Below, one piece after another: positions 1 to 9,141 of a DNA stretch of 32,000 nucleotides; within the stretch, counting starts at the first letter, position 1, and the number at the start of each line of letters is the position of its first letter. The DNA comes from Candidatus Jordarchaeales archaeon. GTDB taxonomy: Archaea > Asgardarchaeota > Jordiarchaeia > Jordiarchaeales > Freyrarchaeaceae. The notes below the pieces were generated by a model. That model ran no database searches. It was given only the letters and a program-made list of their open reading frames with translations, and was not told the DNA's origin. A program made the translations under genes and the position numbers. The stretch covers positions 554,499-586,498 of the forward strand of contig JAWAHN010000001.1 in NCBI GenBank assembly GCA_038889235.1, in the 5' to 3' direction.

Positions 1-1
1 G

Positions 2-541
2 GACCCTATCGGCAATATTCCCATATTTCTGAGTCTCACTGAGGGGATGAGCCCGAAGGAGAGGAGGAACACGTTTCACCTAGCGCTTGTCACAGGGTTC
101 ACTCTTCTGCTGTGCTTTGCTGTTCTAGGAAACTACATTCTCTTCCTTTTCGGGATAACTATAGAGAGCTTCATGATAGCAGGCGGAATACTTCTGCTAG
201 TTATCGCTATGAGGCTGCTGATCTTAGGATGGAGGAGAGAGGAGCACTTGTCGTCTGAAGGTATAGGGGTGGTGCCAATCGGCGTACCCTTACTGGTCGG
301 CCCAGGAGCCATAACTACTACCATAATGTACCTTCAGACTTCGGGTGTCTTCGTCACCCTAATAGCCGTGATTTTGTCCTTTGCGGTCACTTGGATCATA
401 CTTAAATTCATAGACCCGATTAGCCGCTTCCTCGGGAGAACTGGGAGCCTTGTAATAGGAAGAGTGATGGCACTACTTATAGCAGCAATAGCCATGGAGT
501 TCGTGATAAAAGGGGTTATGGGCATATTCAAAGCGTTATGA
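2..541 (+). CDS. marC: MarC family integral membrane protein (5' end lies outside the window)
   Basis: The frame is open from base 2 and reads DPIGNIPIFLSLTEGM..., the MarC N-terminal motif. It also has PIGVPLLVGPGAITT, GRVMALLIAAIAMEFVIKG and several hydrophobic helices. Confidence 0.9.
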   Translation, partial: DPIGNIPIFLSLTEGMSPKERRNTFHLALVTGFTLLLCFAVLGNYILFLFGITIESFMIAGGILLLVIAMRLLILGWRREEHLSSEGIGVVPIGVPLLVGPGAITTTIMYLQTSGVFVTLIAVILSFAVTWIILKFIDPISRFLGRTGSLVIGRVMALLIAAIAMEFVIKGVMGIFKAL

Positions 542-745
542 GAGCGAGCGGCTAAGCAGGTTTAAGAGACACGGATGGATTTACGTCTGACGCCAAGAGC
601 CCAATACTTCAAGAGCTTGAAGAACTACTGCGAGACTGAAAAGAGGCTTGCGTGGATGGGTGGCAAGGAGGGAAGAAGAGCTTCTGATGAACTTCTTATA
701 GGGAGAGCAGGGGGTAAGTAACGCAAAAATAGGGAAATTGGAATT

Positions 746-2026
746 TTATCCTTCGACGGCCTTTCTGGCAGTTTTACCGCGGCCGAGACGTTCGTGTGCC
801 TTGGCAAGGTGTCCTGCGGCTAAGGCGCCAATAAGTGAGACCTCGCCAGCTAGAGCTGCACTGCAGGCTATTTCTGCGAACTTTATGGCGAGCTGACCGG
901 GCTGCTTCAACTTCTTCAGGGTATCCATTCCGCAACCCATGATGGAAAGTGTTTCCTGGTATTGTGGGAGCCACATGCCCCCGCCTACCGCACCGCACAC
1001 CATTGATGGAAGCGTCAGTGAAACGTATAGGTCTCCGTTTTCCAAGAGCTCTGCGGTTACTATCCCCATGCTGCTTTCACCAATGTGTGCGGCGTCCTGT
1101 CCTGTGGCAAGCCACATTGCCGCAATAATGTTGGCGGTATGAGCGGTAAATCCTCCAAGTGTTGCGGCTTGCTCCGATCCTATGTAAAGTTTCCTGTATA
1201 CTACTTCAATGAAGTCTTCTGGCGTCGTCTTTAGTACTTCCTTAACATGCTCTCTCTTCAACACAGCCTCCGCTTGGACGGTCTTCCCCCGTCCGAGGAT
1301 GAAGTTGATGGCGGCTGGCTTCTTGTCTACGCACATGTTGCCCGAAAGGGCCACTGTCTTAGCCCACGGGAGCTGTTGCTCTATATAGTTGCATACTTTG
1401 TCGCAGGCGCTGGTGAGGGTGTTCATACCCATAGCGTCAAAGGTGTTTGCTACAAAGCGCAGGAACACGTTGCGCCCTACAATCCACGGTTGGATGTCAA
1501 CTAGCTTTATGAATGGGTCGTCTGTTTCAATGACCTTTTTTATCTCCTGGTAGTTTTGCTTCACCCATTCAACTAGTTTGACCGCATGCTCTAAATCTGG
1601 GACTTTTATGCAAGGGGCTCTTGTGATACCCGTTTTCAAAACTCTTGCCCTTGCCCCTCCGCTAACTGTTATTACACGGCAACCCCTATTCACGCTAGCC
1701 ACCAGAGCCCCTTCCGTCGTTGCAAGAGGAATGTAGTATTCTCCGTCTGCAACTTCGCCTTTAACCTTCAGTGGTCCCGCTATCCCCAACGGTACTTGTA
1801 TCACGCCTATCGGGTTTTCTATGTTCCTCGCAGCGGTTTCGTCGAGGTCTATGGAGTAACTTCCGACATGCTTCAAAGGTTTCCCTATAATCTTCTCCAA
1901 AGCCTTCCTTCTCACCCTGGCGGCGTCATCCACACTTCCCGTGTATTTTTCTACTTCGTGAAGTTTTATCTCGCCTCTGATCAGTTTTTCAACAAGTTCT
2001 TCTTCAGACAACTGCGAGGTGGTCAA
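746..2026 (-). CDS. hmgA: 3-hydroxy-3-methylglutaryl-CoA reductase, class I
   Basis: ENPIG, ATTEGALVAS (catalytic Glu), DAMGMN, GNMCVDKK (Lys), GQDAAH (Asp) and HLAKAHE (His) are all present. TTG start preceded by GGGTGA. Confidence 0.95.
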   Translation of the reverse strand: MTTSQLSEEELVEKLIRGEIKLHEVEKYTGSVDDAARVRRKALEKIIGKPLKHVGSYSIDLDETAARNIENPIGVIQVPLGIAGPLKVKGEVADGEYYIPLATTEGALVASVNRGCRVITVSGGARARVLKTGITRAPCIKVPDLEHAVKLVEWVKQNYQEIKKVIETDDPFIKLVDIQPWIVGRNVFLRFVANTFDAMGMNTLTSACDKVCNYIEQQLPWAKTVALSGNMCVDKKPAAINFILGRGKTVQAEAVLKREHVKEVLKTTPEDFIEVVYRKLYIGSEQAATLGGFTAHTANIIAAMWLATGQDAAHIGESSMGIVTAELLENGDLYVSLTLPSMVCGAVGGGMWLPQYQETLSIMGCGMDTLKKLKQPGQLAIKFAEIACSAALAGEVSLIGALAAGHLAKAHERLGRGKTARKAVEG

Positions 2027-2046
2027 CTATTTCACCCTCCTAAACC

Positions 2047-2469
2047 CTATTTTTTCCTTCTTTCAACTTCTACCACTCCTTTATGGGAGTCCACTCTAAC
2101 CCAGTCCCCAGTCCTAATACACTCTATCGGGTCTGGTGTCACACGATGAACAAGAGGAATACCCGCCACGACCGCTCCGACCAGTGTCACAGTGTCTGCC
2201 TTTCTTTGGACTATAGCCTTGGGAGCTAAGCCTTTCTCTGCAAGGTTTATGATGACATATGTCCCAACGGTTGAGCCAACACCCGTGGGGAAGACCAGCA
2301 CACGTCCAGTTACGCTTTCACCTTCAAGCGGATGGTTTTTGATGATACCTGTTTCTGGGTCAACATTTCCCAGGAAGGATATCGGGGACTGGGAGACGAG
2401 AGCCTCTCCCTCAGCTACAGGGGACTTTACTGCTTTTAGTCCAAAGCCTTTCAGGATTATTTTTTCCAT
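2047..2469 (-). CDS. Aconitase X swivel subunit = phosphomevalonate dehydratase small subunit (DUF126)
   Basis: ISFLGNVDPETG, GVGSTVGTY (catalytic Ser motif) and GIPLV. Likely start is MEKIIL at 2469, overlapping the large-subunit stop; context is a mevalonate operon. Confidence 0.9.
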   Translation of the reverse strand: MEKIILKGFGLKAVKSPVAEGEALVSQSPISFLGNVDPETGIIKNHPLEGESVTGRVLVFPTGVGSTVGTYVIINLAEKGLAPKAIVQRKADTVTLVGAVVAGIPLVHRVTPDPIECIRTGDWVRVDSHKGVVEVERRKK

Positions 2470-3638
2470 TTTGAACCCTCTAAAGCCACCTTCACGCACT
2501 CCTCAGTTGGCATGAGGAGTGCTTCCATGTTATTCATTGAGGGAGCGTAGTGTGCGGCTTTAGCTGAATCGGTTAGAAAACATTTAAAGCCCTTGAAGGG
2601 GGCAACTATGGGGCAGGTATCGCAAAAAACTTTGCCCCCGGCTTGTTCTATCTTCTGAACTAAGCCGAAGCGTTCCCCCAGAAGTTTAACTTGCCGGGAT
2701 GTGAAAACCCACAGTGGGATTTTAAGCTTTCTCCCCCCGACGAGCTCGGCCACTTTTTTCAACTCATAAATGGAGTAGTGAGGGCAGCCGACCATGACCA
2801 CTTCGGGCTCGCTTGTAGAGCCAAACGACTCAAAGACCTCGTCTAACGTTTTTCGATCTACCTCCACTTTTTCCAGCTTGTCACCCCCTTCTGCCTTCCC
2901 CCAATAGTAGAGTGCGACCGCCCCTGAAGCCGCTGCAGCGGAGGAAAGGTGCTTTGCTTCCACTAGAGGTATAGAGTGTTCGCTCTGGATTAACGGAATG
3001 GCGTCGCCAAAGTTTTTCCCGATGAAGTACCCTAGAGCGCCGTAGTGTGTTGGAGATTCTAGAGGTGCCGTGACCCTTACTTCTATTGTGGGTTTCCTGT
3101 TCTCGTCTAGGTGAAGGCCGTAGCGGGGGGTTTTCCCTGTTATAGCTGAGGCGAGTGCTGAGAGACTGCTTTCTCTGTTAGTGCGGGCGCCTAGGTACGA
3201 GTTTACGAAGGCTACGGCGGACGACTCGGCAAAAGCCACGTGTGAGCCCCTCGCTGGAAGGTTACCCAACTCGTAGGGAGTGCAGCTGCACGTCGCGAAG
3301 ATACCCATTCCGGCGTAAAGGTTGATTATTTCCCTTTGTTTCTCAAAGAAGGCTTTTTCGACACCCATTTCTCCCCATTTTTCGAGATCGACGCCCCCGG
3401 GGTTCAATGTAGTGAAGGACTGCACTTTGGCCCCTAGATAGGAGAACTTTTTAAGTGTCGTCAGGAGGGCGTCTCCTCCGGTCTTGTATGATACTCCCGA
3501 GACATGTGCACTATGAATTGGTATGAGGCGGTCTGCTTCGAAGAAGTCTCCTAAAGCGCAGAGTATCCTCATAGCTAAGCTTATAGCTTCGCCGTATTCT
3601 CCGTCGAACGCCTTTTCCTCTTCCTTAGTTAGATACAT
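2457..3638 (-). CDS. Aconitase X catalytic subunit = phosphomevalonate dehydratase large subunit (DUF521)
   Basis: MYLTKEEE start after GAGG. AHVSGVSYKTGG, TCSCTPY, AESSAVAFVNSYLGARTNRES, VGCPH and DTCPIV provide three Cys cluster ligands. Confidence 0.92.
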   Translation of the reverse strand: MYLTKEEEKAFDGEYGEAISLAMRILCALGDFFEADRLIPIHSAHVSGVSYKTGGDALLTTLKKFSYLGAKVQSFTTLNPGGVDLEKWGEMGVEKAFFEKQREIINLYAGMGIFATCSCTPYELGNLPARGSHVAFAESSAVAFVNSYLGARTNRESSLSALASAITGKTPRYGLHLDENRKPTIEVRVTAPLESPTHYGALGYFIGKNFGDAIPLIQSEHSIPLVEAKHLSSAAAASGAVALYYWGKAEGGDKLEKVEVDRKTLDEVFESFGSTSEPEVVMVGCPHYSIYELKKVAELVGGRKLKIPLWVFTSRQVKLLGERFGLVQKIEQAGGKVFCDTCPIVAPFKGFKCFLTDSAKAAHYAPSMNNMEALLMPTEECVKVALEGSKWKK

Positions 3639-4926
3639 AGTCCTCAACCTTTATCGACTCGTATCCGGGAATTCTTGCTGGTAGAAACTTCTCTCGAGGC
3701 TTGTCGAATGGTATTGTAGCGTCAACGCCAACTTTAGTGGTTTCGCGCGTTCTTTGGTCGGCTGAAGGGTCTAGGGAGGAGCCCTTACCTCGCATTATCA
3801 CAAGGTTCTTGGATGCTTGGAAGCGTGTGGCTATTGCGTACTCAACGGAGTAGGGGTCGTGAATGTCTATGTCTTCATCAACAACCACCACGTGCTTCAG
3901 AGATTTATGGGCTCTGAAAGCGGCCTCTATAGCCTTCACGCCGTCGTCTGGGTTCCTTTTTCTAATTTTAACAATGCAGTGGAGCCATGAGCAGCCTCCT
4001 GGACTCAGGAGCACGTCGAGACATTCACAGTGTTTGCTTACCTCCCTGTATATTGCTGGTTCCCTCGGAAGTCCCATGAGTAACTTGTGCTCCATACCTC
4101 CTGGAAGTATTGCTTGGTATACGGCGTCTTTCGCGTGAGTGAAGTGGCGTACTTCGACTACGGGTTGCTCTCTCACTATGTCATATGTCCCGGTTATGTC
4201 TGGGAAGGGGCCCTCTTCAACGAGCTCTTTTGTTATTCTTGCTTCCAAGAGGATCTCCGCGTCGGCTGGGACTTCTAGGTCGACCTTTTTGCATTTAACC
4301 AACTTCAGCGGGCTTAGGCTGTTAGCTATGGTGTACTCGTCTACGTCAGGGGAGAGAGATGTGGCTGCAGCCACGAGGACGGATGGAGGATTCCCTATCG
4401 TTATGGCTGCGTCAAGTTCTCCGCCAGCTCTTTTGAGATACAAGTCTAGGTCTCTTTCCTCGACGACCCTTATGGCGAAATGCCTTTCGTCAAGAAGCAT
4501 GAGTCTGTGAAAGCTTATGTTGCGCCCGTACTCCGGGTCGCGCACCGTGACCACGCCAGCAGTCACGTAGGGGCCACCATCCTTTTCTGCATGTGTGAGT
4601 ATAGGGAGGCGGGTTAAATCTACTGGTTCAACGACTTCCAGGCAGCGTCCACTATTTGTAACTTCTGGCTCGGTTGGATTATCCATGGCTTCTATGAGGC
4701 GTCGTATAAGTTTTTCAGGTGCAACCCCTAGGCTTCTAGCTATCAACTCTCTGCTCGAGAAAAGGTTTCCTGCCACCCTAAAGCTGCTTCCAGCCACGTT
4801 CTCGAAAAGGACGGGTTTACCATCGAGTTTCCTCAGTACCGCAGGAATTTCATGCTTGGTTGACACCTGCCTCTTAACCTTGACTAAGAGGCCGTTAGCG
4901 TCCAGCCACGACAGGAAGTCCCTCAT
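3625..4926 (-). CDS. UbiD-family (prenyl-FMN) decarboxylase, probably trans-anhydromevalonate 5-phosphate decarboxylase
   Basis: GGPYVTAG, NISFHRL, EEGPFPDITGTYD, GGCSWLH, KHVVVVDEDID and LDPS motifs. It lies immediately upstream of the aconitase X genes. An alternative GTG start is at 4950. Confidence 0.88.
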   Translation of the reverse strand: MRDFLSWLDANGLLVKVKRQVSTKHEIPAVLRKLDGKPVLFENVAGSSFRVAGNLFSSRELIARSLGVAPEKLIRRLIEAMDNPTEPEVTNSGRCLEVVEPVDLTRLPILTHAEKDGGPYVTAGVVTVRDPEYGRNISFHRLMLLDERHFAIRVVEERDLDLYLKRAGGELDAAITIGNPPSVLVAAATSLSPDVDEYTIANSLSPLKLVKCKKVDLEVPADAEILLEARITKELVEEGPFPDITGTYDIVREQPVVEVRHFTHAKDAVYQAILPGGMEHKLLMGLPREPAIYREVSKHCECLDVLLSPGGCSWLHCIVKIRKRNPDDGVKAIEAAFRAHKSLKHVVVVDEDIDIHDPYSVEYAIATRFQASKNLVIMRGKGSSLDPSADQRTRETTKVGVDATIPFDKPREKFLPARIPGYESIKVEDYVSN

Positions 4927-4943
4927 ACTTTTACCTTGAAGCT

Positions 4944-5366
4944 CTAACACTTCATTTTTGAAGCACCATTATTGTTTAGAACCGGCCTGAATTTGTAACC
5001 GTAGAATATGAGCCCGTCACGTCCGTCCTCTCTGATCTTCCTGATCACTGCTTCTACGTCCATGCCTAGGCTGAGGCCGTCTGGTTCCGCGTCAGTTATT
5101 TGCGCTGTTATGTGTGTCCCATCCTCAAGTTTTACAAGACCTACAATGTACGGGGCGTAAAACTCGAAGCCTTTCGGTGGAGTGCGTATGACTGTGTAGG
5201 TCACCAGCTTCCCCTTCGTTGGGAGCTTCTTCTTCTCCAGCTCCTTCGAGCCACATGACGTGCAAAGCTCTCTGGGGGGGAAGTATGTTATTAAGCACTT
5301 AGGACAGTAAGTGGCTTCGAGACGATACCTTTGAGGAATTTCCCTCCACAAATTTGACGGAAACAT
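4944..5366 (-). CDS. DUF35 Zn-ribbon/OB-fold scaffold protein of the thiolase/HMG-CoA synthase complex
   Basis: CPKC...FPPRELCTSC Zn ribbon plus OB fold (TYTVIR, APYIVGLVKL, YGYKFRP). GAGGTGA SD. Adjacent to thiolase and HMGS. Confidence 0.92.
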   Translation of the reverse strand: MFPSNLWREIPQRYRLEATYCPKCLITYFPPRELCTSCGSKELEKKKLPTKGKLVTYTVIRTPPKGFEFYAPYIVGLVKLEDGTHITAQITDAEPDGLSLGMDVEAVIRKIREDGRDGLIFYGYKFRPVLNNNGASKMKC

Positions 5367-5370
5367 ATCA

Positions 5371-6525
5371 TCACCTCGCTTTGAAAACGTGAACTACAGC
5401 AGATGTTCCAAAACCACTTGTGTTGTGTGTTACTCCTATGCGGGCATCTGGCACCTGCCTTTTTCCAGCTTCACCCCGCAATTGAAGAACTATTTCAGCA
5501 GCTTGATATATTCCGGTTGCCCCAACAGGGTGCCCGCGCGCCTTCAGCCCCCCGGAGGGGTTTATGGGTATTTCACCATCCAGGCTTATCAGTCCCTCCT
5601 CCACAATCTTCCAACCTTCACCTTTGCGCGCAAACCCAAGGTCCTCTATAGCTAAAATTCCAGCTATCGAGAAAGAGTCATGAACCTCTGCTACGTCCAC
5701 GTCTTCAGGAGTGATCTTAGCCATTTCGTAAGCCATCTTTGAAGCTTCGACAGTAGCCTTCAACGAGAGGAAGTCTTTGCGCGTATGGAAGAGGAAGGTG
5801 TCGTTAGCTTTCCACGCGCCGACTACGTCGACCGGGTCTGACGTGTACTCCTTCGCCCTGTCAGCAGAGCAGATGACAAGAGCGGCTGCGCCATCGCCTA
5901 CCGGGGCACAATCCATTAAGTGCAACGGCTCCGCAACGGGGATCGAGTTAAGAGCTTTTTCGACCGTGATCTTGAACGGAAGCTGAGCATACGGATTCTT
6001 TGAAGCGTTATCGTGCATTTGCACAACAAACTTAGCGAAGCTCTCCCTCGTAGCCCCAAATTTGTTCATATAGAGGCGCATGACCATGGCGTTTATTCCT
6101 GCAAGTGAGAGCCCTGTGAAGGCCTCGTACTCTTGGTCTGTGACCGTCGACAGTATAAAAGTCACATCGCTCGACGAGGCATCTACCATTTTCTCGACGC
6201 CGCCCACGAGGACGAAGTCGTATATTCCAGAAGCGACTGCTTCGAGCGCCATGAAGAGAGCTGCACCTCCGGAACTGCATCCTTCCTCCACCCTAAGCGA
6301 CGGCTTCGACTCTAGCCCTACAGCGTCAGCAAGCATAGGCGCGATGTTCTCCTGTTTGTTAAACTGGCCGGCGGACATGTTGCCGATGTAAAGCGCTTCC
6401 ACCTCAGGGTTCCCTGCATCCTCTAGAGCGCTTATAGCAGCTTTGGTGAACAGTGAGCGTAAGGACTCCTTCCAGTGGTGGTCAACTTTAACCATACCAA
6501 CTCCTATTACGGAAACTTTGCGCAT
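5371..6525 (-). CDS. Acetyl-CoA acetyltransferase (archaeal acetoacetyl-CoA thiolase)
   Basis: VEEGCSSGGAA (nucleophile Cys), AEVHDSF, NPSGGLKARGHPVGATG and GVTHN. GAGGGGTG SD. Confidence 0.93.
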   Translation of the reverse strand: MRKVSVIGVGMVKVDHHWKESLRSLFTKAAISALEDAGNPEVEALYIGNMSAGQFNKQENIAPMLADAVGLESKPSLRVEEGCSSGGAALFMALEAVASGIYDFVLVGGVEKMVDASSSDVTFILSTVTDQEYEAFTGLSLAGINAMVMRLYMNKFGATRESFAKFVVQMHDNASKNPYAQLPFKITVEKALNSIPVAEPLHLMDCAPVGDGAAALVICSADRAKEYTSDPVDVVGAWKANDTFLFHTRKDFLSLKATVEASKMAYEMAKITPEDVDVAEVHDSFSIAGILAIEDLGFARKGEGWKIVEEGLISLDGEIPINPSGGLKARGHPVGATGIYQAAEIVLQLRGEAGKRQVPDARIGVTHNTSGFGTSAVVHVFKAR

Positions 6526-6538
6526 ATGGACACCCCTC

Positions 6539-7615
6539 CTATTTGGCTTCCAAACCTATAATCATTCTGCGCCACTTGACGTAACAGGCATAGTCGATGT
6601 AGCGCTTCCTGTTAATATAGTCCCATACCTTGGGGGCTGCCTCCTTCTTCTCCTCAATGCCATCCTGGACAACTATGTACATAGCATCACTACCAGCACC
6701 AGAACCATACGAAACCAGTAGGATTTGTTGTCCAGGCTTTGCTTCATCCAACACTGCAGCTAATCCTAGGAGAGAGGAGGCAGAGTACGTGTTCCCGATG
6801 TAAGGAACTAGAAGGCCCTTCGTGACTTGCTCCTTGGTGAAGCCTAGCTGGCTTGCCGCCCTCAAGGGAAACTTACCGTTAGGCTGGTGGAATATAACAT
6901 AATCAAAGTCACTTGGTTTAAGTCCAAGCTCGCTCATGAGATGCTCAGCAGCTGAAGTTATGTGGTGGAAGTAAGATAATCCGGTGAAGGGACCACCGTG
7001 CTTGGGGTAAGGCTGCTCAGCTCTTCTCCAAAAGTCCGGAGTATCTGTAACATACGACACTGTAGCCTCTATGGACGCAGCCGAGGAAGAGCTCAATGGC
7101 CCTATTACTAGAGCTGCCGCCCCGGCAGCAGCAGCGTACTCTAGGTCGTCTCCGGGTGCGCTCTGTGCTACATCAGCTCCTATGGCTAAGCCGTACTTTA
7201 TCATCCCCGAAGCAACCAGCGCTATGCACATCTGGACGGCTTCAGTGCCAGCTTTACACGCGAACTCCAGATCTGCTGCGAGAGTGAAAGGAGTCGCACC
7301 TATCACCTCGGCGACTGTGCATCCTGTAGGCTTCACCGCGTAGGGGTGCGATTCTGAGCCGCAGAGCACGGCTCCTATATCCGACGGGTTTATGTTCGCC
7401 CTCTTAACGGCGTTTGTTGCTGCCTCGATGGAAAGTGTTATGGTGTCCTCGTCAGGGCCTGCGACTGCCTTTTCCCATACCATTAAGTCTTCTTTGAAGC
7501 GGTCGGCTGGGGCACCCCAAACTACCGCTATATCCTCTGTCTTGATCCTGTACTGGGGGATGTAGCACCCCCACCCTTCTATTCCGACACGCGATTTAGG
7601 AATCATCATTTGCAC
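6539..7615 (-). CDS. mvaS: Hydroxymethylglutaryl-CoA synthase (archaeal type)
   Basis: [21 protein letters not shown] (catalytic Cys), [21 protein letters not shown] and [18 protein letters not shown]; start is 7615 (GTG) or 7609. Confidence 0.95.
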   Translation of the reverse strand: MQMMIPKSRVGIEGWGCYIPQYRIKTEDIAVVWGAPADRFKEDLMVWEKAVAGPDEDTITLSIEAATNAVKRANINPSDIGAVLCGSESHPYAVKPTGCTVAEVIGATPFTLAADLEFACKAGTEAVQMCIALVASGMIKYGLAIGADVAQSAPGDDLEYAAAAGAAALVIGPLSSSSAASIEATVSYVTDTPDFWRRAEQPYPKHGGPFTGLSYFHHITSAAEHLMSELGLKPSDFDYVIFHQPNGKFPLRAASQLGFTKEQVTKGLLVPYIGNTYSASSLLGLAAVLDEAKPGQQILLVSYGSGAGSDAMYIVVQDGIEEKKEAAPKVWDYINRKRYIDYACYVKWRRMIIGLEAK

Positions 7616-7912
7616 TTAACCCCTCCGTGGCTTACGGGGAGCTCTGGTGCCTCAAAAGGAGAACTGGGTACTCGGAGGACTAAGGCATCTTTTAGGAGAG
7701 TTGCAGACCGGAAATGTATATTTAAGCGTTACGCACCAATGTACTACAACTTCGACAAATTTAAGGATTTTTCCGCATAAATGTAAAAATGCAGATGTTT
7801 TCGTTCTTCTCTCGCCTGAAACAAGACGAGCATGCTACGAATAACGTTATTGCACAAACGTCCATTTTTCACTTCTTAGTTCTAAAAGTGACGAAGCAGC
7901 AATTTTACTGGA

Positions 7913-7928
7913 AGAAATTATTTAAAAA
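7913..7928 (+). promoter_or_regulatory. Candidate BRE/TATA promoter for the prenyl synthase gene
   Basis: The sequence gaagaaaTTATTTAAAA is a purine run followed by a TATA-like box, about 55 nt before the TTG start. Confidence 0.4.
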
Positions 7929-7977
7929 GGAGTGTTGGATTTCGGAGCCTAACGAATGCGATGTGCGAGGGGAAAAA

Positions 7978-9042
7978 TTGAGCTTCGAGGAGATCGTTTC
8001 AAGGCATCTTGAAAGAATTAATGCTGCAATTGACAGCTTTCTCGACACGAAGATAAGCCATGCTTTTACTCCATACCACGCCGAGTACTACTCGAACATA
8101 AAGGAGTTCATCATGAGGGGAGGTAAAAGGCTTAGACCAGTGTCCCTGGTTAACGCATATTTTGGGGTCGGCGGAAAAAACAGAGGAGACATATATAAGG
8201 CTTCGATTGCTGTGGAATTGCTGCACAATGCAACCCTTATACACGACGACTTAATAGATCACGACGAAACGCGTAGAGGGAAAGAGACATTTCACGTCAA
8301 GTACAGGAACTGGTACAATGAGCACTTTAAAGGGGAACGGGGTGAAGACTTTGGAATGACGATGGCCATTCTTGGAGGTAACACTGTTTACAACTTAGGT
8401 GTGGAAGCTTTGCTTGAATCCGGGTTTTCTGCGGAGCTTGTCTGCAGGGCAGTGGATAGGTATCAGAGAGTTTTCGAGGAAATAATAGAGGGTGTAATGT
8501 ATGAGATGATTCTTTCGTTTAAAGACCATGTGAAGCTTGACGAGTACATGAAGATGATAAAGATGAAGACCGCTGCCTTACTTGAAGCGTCCGTTGAAAT
8601 AGGGGCCATACTAGGCGGGGGAAGTGAGGAACAGATAAAGTCATTGAAAGAATACTCCGTGCTTGTTGGGCAAGCTTTCCAGATACAGGACGACATACTG
8701 GGGACATTTGGTAAGGAGGAAGAGACTGGGAAGCCTACAGACGGGGACATAAAAGAGGGTAAGAAAACTGCTTTAGTGGTCTATGCGTTGGAATCCGCTG
8801 GGCCCATGGAGCTGAACATGCTTAGAAGCGTGCTCGGAAAAAGGAATGCCACTCCAAAAGAGGTGGAGAGCGTTAGGAGGATATTCTTAGAAACAGGGGC
8901 ACTTGAAAAAGCGCGTGAAAAAGCAATCAAACTTAAGGAAGAAGCAAAGGAGAAGATTAAAAGTATGAAGCCCCCCCTCACCAGGGAGGCTGAAGAGTAC
9001 TTCCTCAAACTAGCCGACTTCGTAGTTGAAAGAATATACTAG
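7978..9042 (+). CDS. idsA: trans-Isoprenyl diphosphate synthase (GGPP/GFPP/polyprenyl synthase family)
   Basis: GGKRLRP, FARM LIHDDLIDHDETRRG, KTAAL, SARM FQIQDDILG and GDIKEGKKT. Likely start is TTG 7978 behind GAGGGG. Confidence 0.92.
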   Translation: MSFEEIVSRHLERINAAIDSFLDTKISHAFTPYHAEYYSNIKEFIMRGGKRLRPVSLVNAYFGVGGKNRGDIYKASIAVELLHNATLIHDDLIDHDETRRGKETFHVKYRNWYNEHFKGERGEDFGMTMAILGGNTVYNLGVEALLESGFSAELVCRAVDRYQRVFEEIIEGVMYEMILSFKDHVKLDEYMKMIKMKTAALLEASVEIGAILGGGSEEQIKSLKEYSVLVGQAFQIQDDILGTFGKEEETGKPTDGDIKEGKKTALVVYALESAGPMELNMLRSVLGKRNATPKEVESVRRIFLETGALEKAREKAIKLKEEAKEKIKSMKPPLTREAEEYFLKLADFVVERIY

Positions 9043-9092
9043 TAGACCAACCTGGCTTGAAGACATGTGAGTCAAATCGCTGAGCCGGGAGA

Positions 9093-9101
9093 TTTTTATA
9101 A
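9093..9101 (+). promoter_or_regulatory. Candidate TATA box for moaA
   Basis: TTTTTATAA lies about 45 nt upstream of the ATG, preceded by gggaga. Confidence 0.4.
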
Positions 9102-9141
9102 TTCCCTGCTTCCTCTTGTCCCCTAAGTTGAGGGGACTAAA

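Noticed and set aside
575-721. 48-codon ORF (MDLRLTPRAQ...) between marC and hmgA
   Set aside because: No SD and no recognisable motif; other frames give equally plausible fragments. It cannot be supported without expression data.
860-945. A second in-frame BHB intron in the slightly extended HMGR loop (MGCGMDTLKKLKQPGQ)
   Set aside because: Only a 4-bp GGGT/ACCC pairing is present, with no bulge-helix-bulge geometry and no stop codon. I saw no other BHB in the window's ORFs by eye, but a computational scan is needed.
7789-7977. 63-aa N-terminal extension of the prenyl synthase in the ORF track
   Set aside because: It runs through the AT-rich divergent promoter region with no family-like sequence, and an SD (GAGGGG) sits just before TTG 7978.
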